A DNA stretch of 64,000 nt from Podarcis gaigeae (taxonomy: Eukaryota). The position numbers and the translations under genes are program-made. The notes below the pieces were generated by a model. The model saw nothing but the letters and a program-made list of their open reading frames with translations, had not been told where the DNA came from and did not search any database. The DNA is taken from NCBI GenBank assembly GCA_964106915.2, contig OZ066915.1. The stretch is one strand, 5' to 3'. Numbering within the stretch: the first letter of the stretch is position 1; the number at the start of each line of letters is the position of its first letter. This document shows positions 61,101-64,000 of this stretch, piece after piece.

Positions 61101-64000
61101 GCGGGGGAAAGCTTTGCTTCCGGCTCATTTTATTAGCTGCCACAACTACCAACCTCTTGCTTCTTCTCAATAGGGTCTGAAGAGGACAATGACATTATAT
61201 CCCCTCTATGCCCTTTTATCAGTTGTCGGTCTGTCTGCTCCTCCACACATCACTCCACTTTAGCAGCTGGGCAAACCTGGCTATTCTTGGGACTGAGGAG
61301 GTAGGTTTACTTTGGAAAGTACCAAGACAGATTCCTTGTATGTGGACACACGAAGGAAGGGACCAAGGGACATGTGTCCCTAGTGGAACTGGGCAGAGGG
61401 GATGGTGGAGAAGCTGCAATTATCAGGGGTAAAATATTTAACACCTAAAGCATAAACCTCCTACTCAGACTGAAGGAGATGCTCTTACAATGGGCAATTA
61501 TCAGCTACTATGCCCACTGATTCTCAATGGTGGATTACAGGAATCTTGCAAACAGGTATACCAGGCAGGCAGCACTGGATGGCAGAAGCAATTTGGAATT
61601 TAGCAGGATAAAAGAAGAAAATAATGGGAATGAAAAGATTTCTTTTCAATATGTTTCAGAATGACCAGCCCAGTGCTCCTCCTGGGGTACCAGTGGCCTC
61701 TTCATCCTGGCTCTAACCACGTAAGCAGGAACATGAATATATGGCTGTCTACTGATGGGCATCATGATGGGCATTAGGCCCTCCCTACCCAAACTGTCAA
61801 GCTCAGCCATACAATGAACCATGGGTTAGTGCAGAAAACTGGCTTTGTTTAAAGCCACCCCCTGCCTATTGAAACCCATGTGGCTGATGCTTTGAAGCTG
61901 GACCCAAGTGCTATGCAGTTGCCCTAGGAAGGGAACACAAAGGGGCCTGAGAGATGAAACGCCAGAAGCAGCAGCCACAATAGTGCCTTGAAGTGGGAAG
62001 CATGGGACAGAAAAGCACTGATTAAAGAGAGGCCAGGTGCATTATGGGAGATTCACCAGTGACTTTGACTGCTAGAGCTTCCTGCTGAAAGAAGGAGGGA
62101 GATCAAACACTCCTCTCATACAGCAATCTCCAATAGTATGGCCAGGTACAATGTGGGCATGGGTAGAAAATGTGGGGATGAATGTGAGGAACAAGAACCC
62201 TGGTTGGATATTAAGTGTACCAGTGTTCCCATGTTCTCTGCAGTCTTACAGTGCTTCAGAAGTATTTTTCTACACGTTTATGATTTCATTATTTAGTTAC
62301 CTGTGCCTGGAAGGCTCTAGGTAGGTAGAAATTATGAATATACAGAGACCTCAAACTAAAGTGCTTTCATCTTTTGGGAAGATGGATAGATCAACAACAA
62401 CAACAACGTGATCTAAAAGACTTCAACAGATCTTGGAACGGCCTTAACAAATTGTGCCTATCATATGTAAAAGGCCAAATTCTCTACAATGGGCATTAAG
62501 ATAAAAAAATAATGCTTCCTTGAGTTCGCCATCAAAAGGCTGAGGCTAGACAGCAAAGGCATGTAGAAAAGCAGACCCATAGCTTGTGAATATTCCACAT
62601 TTTGCAACTGCACTGTCCAGGCACAGATATTGCTGCTGAACTCAAATGCCAGCATGTTCACAATCTCCAAGTTACAGAGATCAAGAGCTATTTTAGCAGA
62701 GTCTACTCTCTCCAAACCCAGGGGTGGTAAGATAAATGCGCCCAGGCATGAATAAGGAAGCTGAGTCTAAATCAAATCGTTGATTTATGTGTATGAGCTC
62801 CCACCACTGATAAACATATAACATTCAGGTTGAACAGAGACCCAAGAGCTTAGTATGATCTAGGATCCAGGCCACAGAACTATAGGCAATCACCTTAGTT
62901 ACAGAAAACAAGGTCATTTCACTTCCCACAATCCTCTTCATTTCTTGACTACATCCAAATGCACTGTAGTGCAAGGCTAGTTGGCAAAGGCAATTTATGT
63001 AAGTCATGAGGAGCAGAAGAAAAGAATGCAGAGCAAGCAAATATGTGCAAATTTGCACAATCCATATAGATCCTCATAGGATTCTGATTTTATTTGTGCA
63101 TTTTTGCAAGCTTTTCTTTTTAAAAAAAGCATAGAATATACAAAATTTTGGCCTTCCCTTCATGAATTTTTAAACTCTTCCCTGTACCTTTGTCACAGCA
63201 TTAGTTTGAGCTTCTTCAGAAAGACTTCTTTAAATTTCTTTGCATTTTTAAGCACTGTTTATATGTGCTGGGGCTTTGCACATTTGAGTTTAAGGTGGCC
63301 TATGGTAGGATACATAGATTAGTTGAGAGATTATGGGTGTGGTCGTGCAATTCTCACATGAGTGTAGATAGCTGTGCCTAAGTACTGCTGCCTTCTAGTG
63401 GGTACAATAGGCAGCACTCAATTGCCCATCTGCCTGTCAACCAAAATATCAGGTCAAACCGAAAAGGAAGCTGGCAGTTTTGTGTCTTCCCTTGGGATGC
63501 AGCCTGGTAGGCTAACAGTCTATGAAACCCCAGTGTTTTTCCTTGGTGAAGGAGATCTGAAAGACTGGTGAAAGGCCAAAGCTAAGCACACCCTTTCATT
63601 GCATATCAAAATTGCCTCTAATGCAAGAGAATCAAGACCTCCAACCAACACCATTTTCTTCCATGTCAGATTCACCCAGACTGGGACAGATGGCGCTGTA
63701 TGGATCCGATTAAAAAAAAAGTCCATCCCAAAAACCCCTTAGAGGTGGCAGAGTATTGGGAGACATCTGCTCTCAAGAGGGTGGGGATAAGTCATTAGTT
63801 CCTGGCATTGTATAAAATTGGTACTAACATCTCGTACACTGGCTGGAAATGGTTTATTAGAACTAATGTTACATCTGCAAGATCTCCAAAGAGGGTTGCA
63901 ACTTGTCCCTTTTTAAAAGGCACATCTGTGATTCTGGAGCATTCCATTCTCAAAGAAAATGATGAACGTTCTGTTTTTAAAAATGAACTGACCACCTTCA

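Noticed and set aside
57520-64000. Search for the signal-peptide exon (including ORF 60575-60901 and the donor CAG|GTATGT near 60165)
   Set aside because: No ATG plus hydrophobic core ending in a phase-1 donor was found; the exon is probably outside the window.

Overview
Eukaryotic (vertebrate) genomic DNA. The repeat content suggests a squamate, probably a lacertid lizard (inference). Almost the whole window is one minus-strand gene, ADGRL1 (latrophilin-1, adhesion GPCR L1). I traced 22 coding exons by hand from 57519 down to the stop at 8431. All have GT-AG boundaries and continuous phase (4379 nt, about 1460 codons). They encode the RBL/SUEL lectin, olfactomedin, Ser/Thr/Pro linker, HormR, GAIN/GPS (HL|TNFAVLM), 7TM and a tail ending in the PDZ motif VTSL. 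The set includes 15-nt (KVEQK) and 18-nt (GSFRES) microexons that the ORF track misses. The signal-peptide exon and promoter were not found and probably lie beyond 64000. The 3' UTR may extend about 6.8 kb to tandem AATAAA signals near 1600. Introns carry Tc1/mariner-pogo and hAT MITEs, L2/CR1 fragments, microsatellites and two Penelope-like ends, each with a minimal hammerhead ribozyme. The most interesting items are RNA-level: the two hammerheads, a stop-free in-frame 144-nt intron at latrophilin-1 splice site B, a frameshifting alternative donor that would remove the PDZ tail, a MITE inserted at +6/+7 of a splice donor with a 77-codon read-through, and several candidate unannotated or cryptic exons. 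No prokaryote-type systems are present. None of the candidate exons has expression support here.
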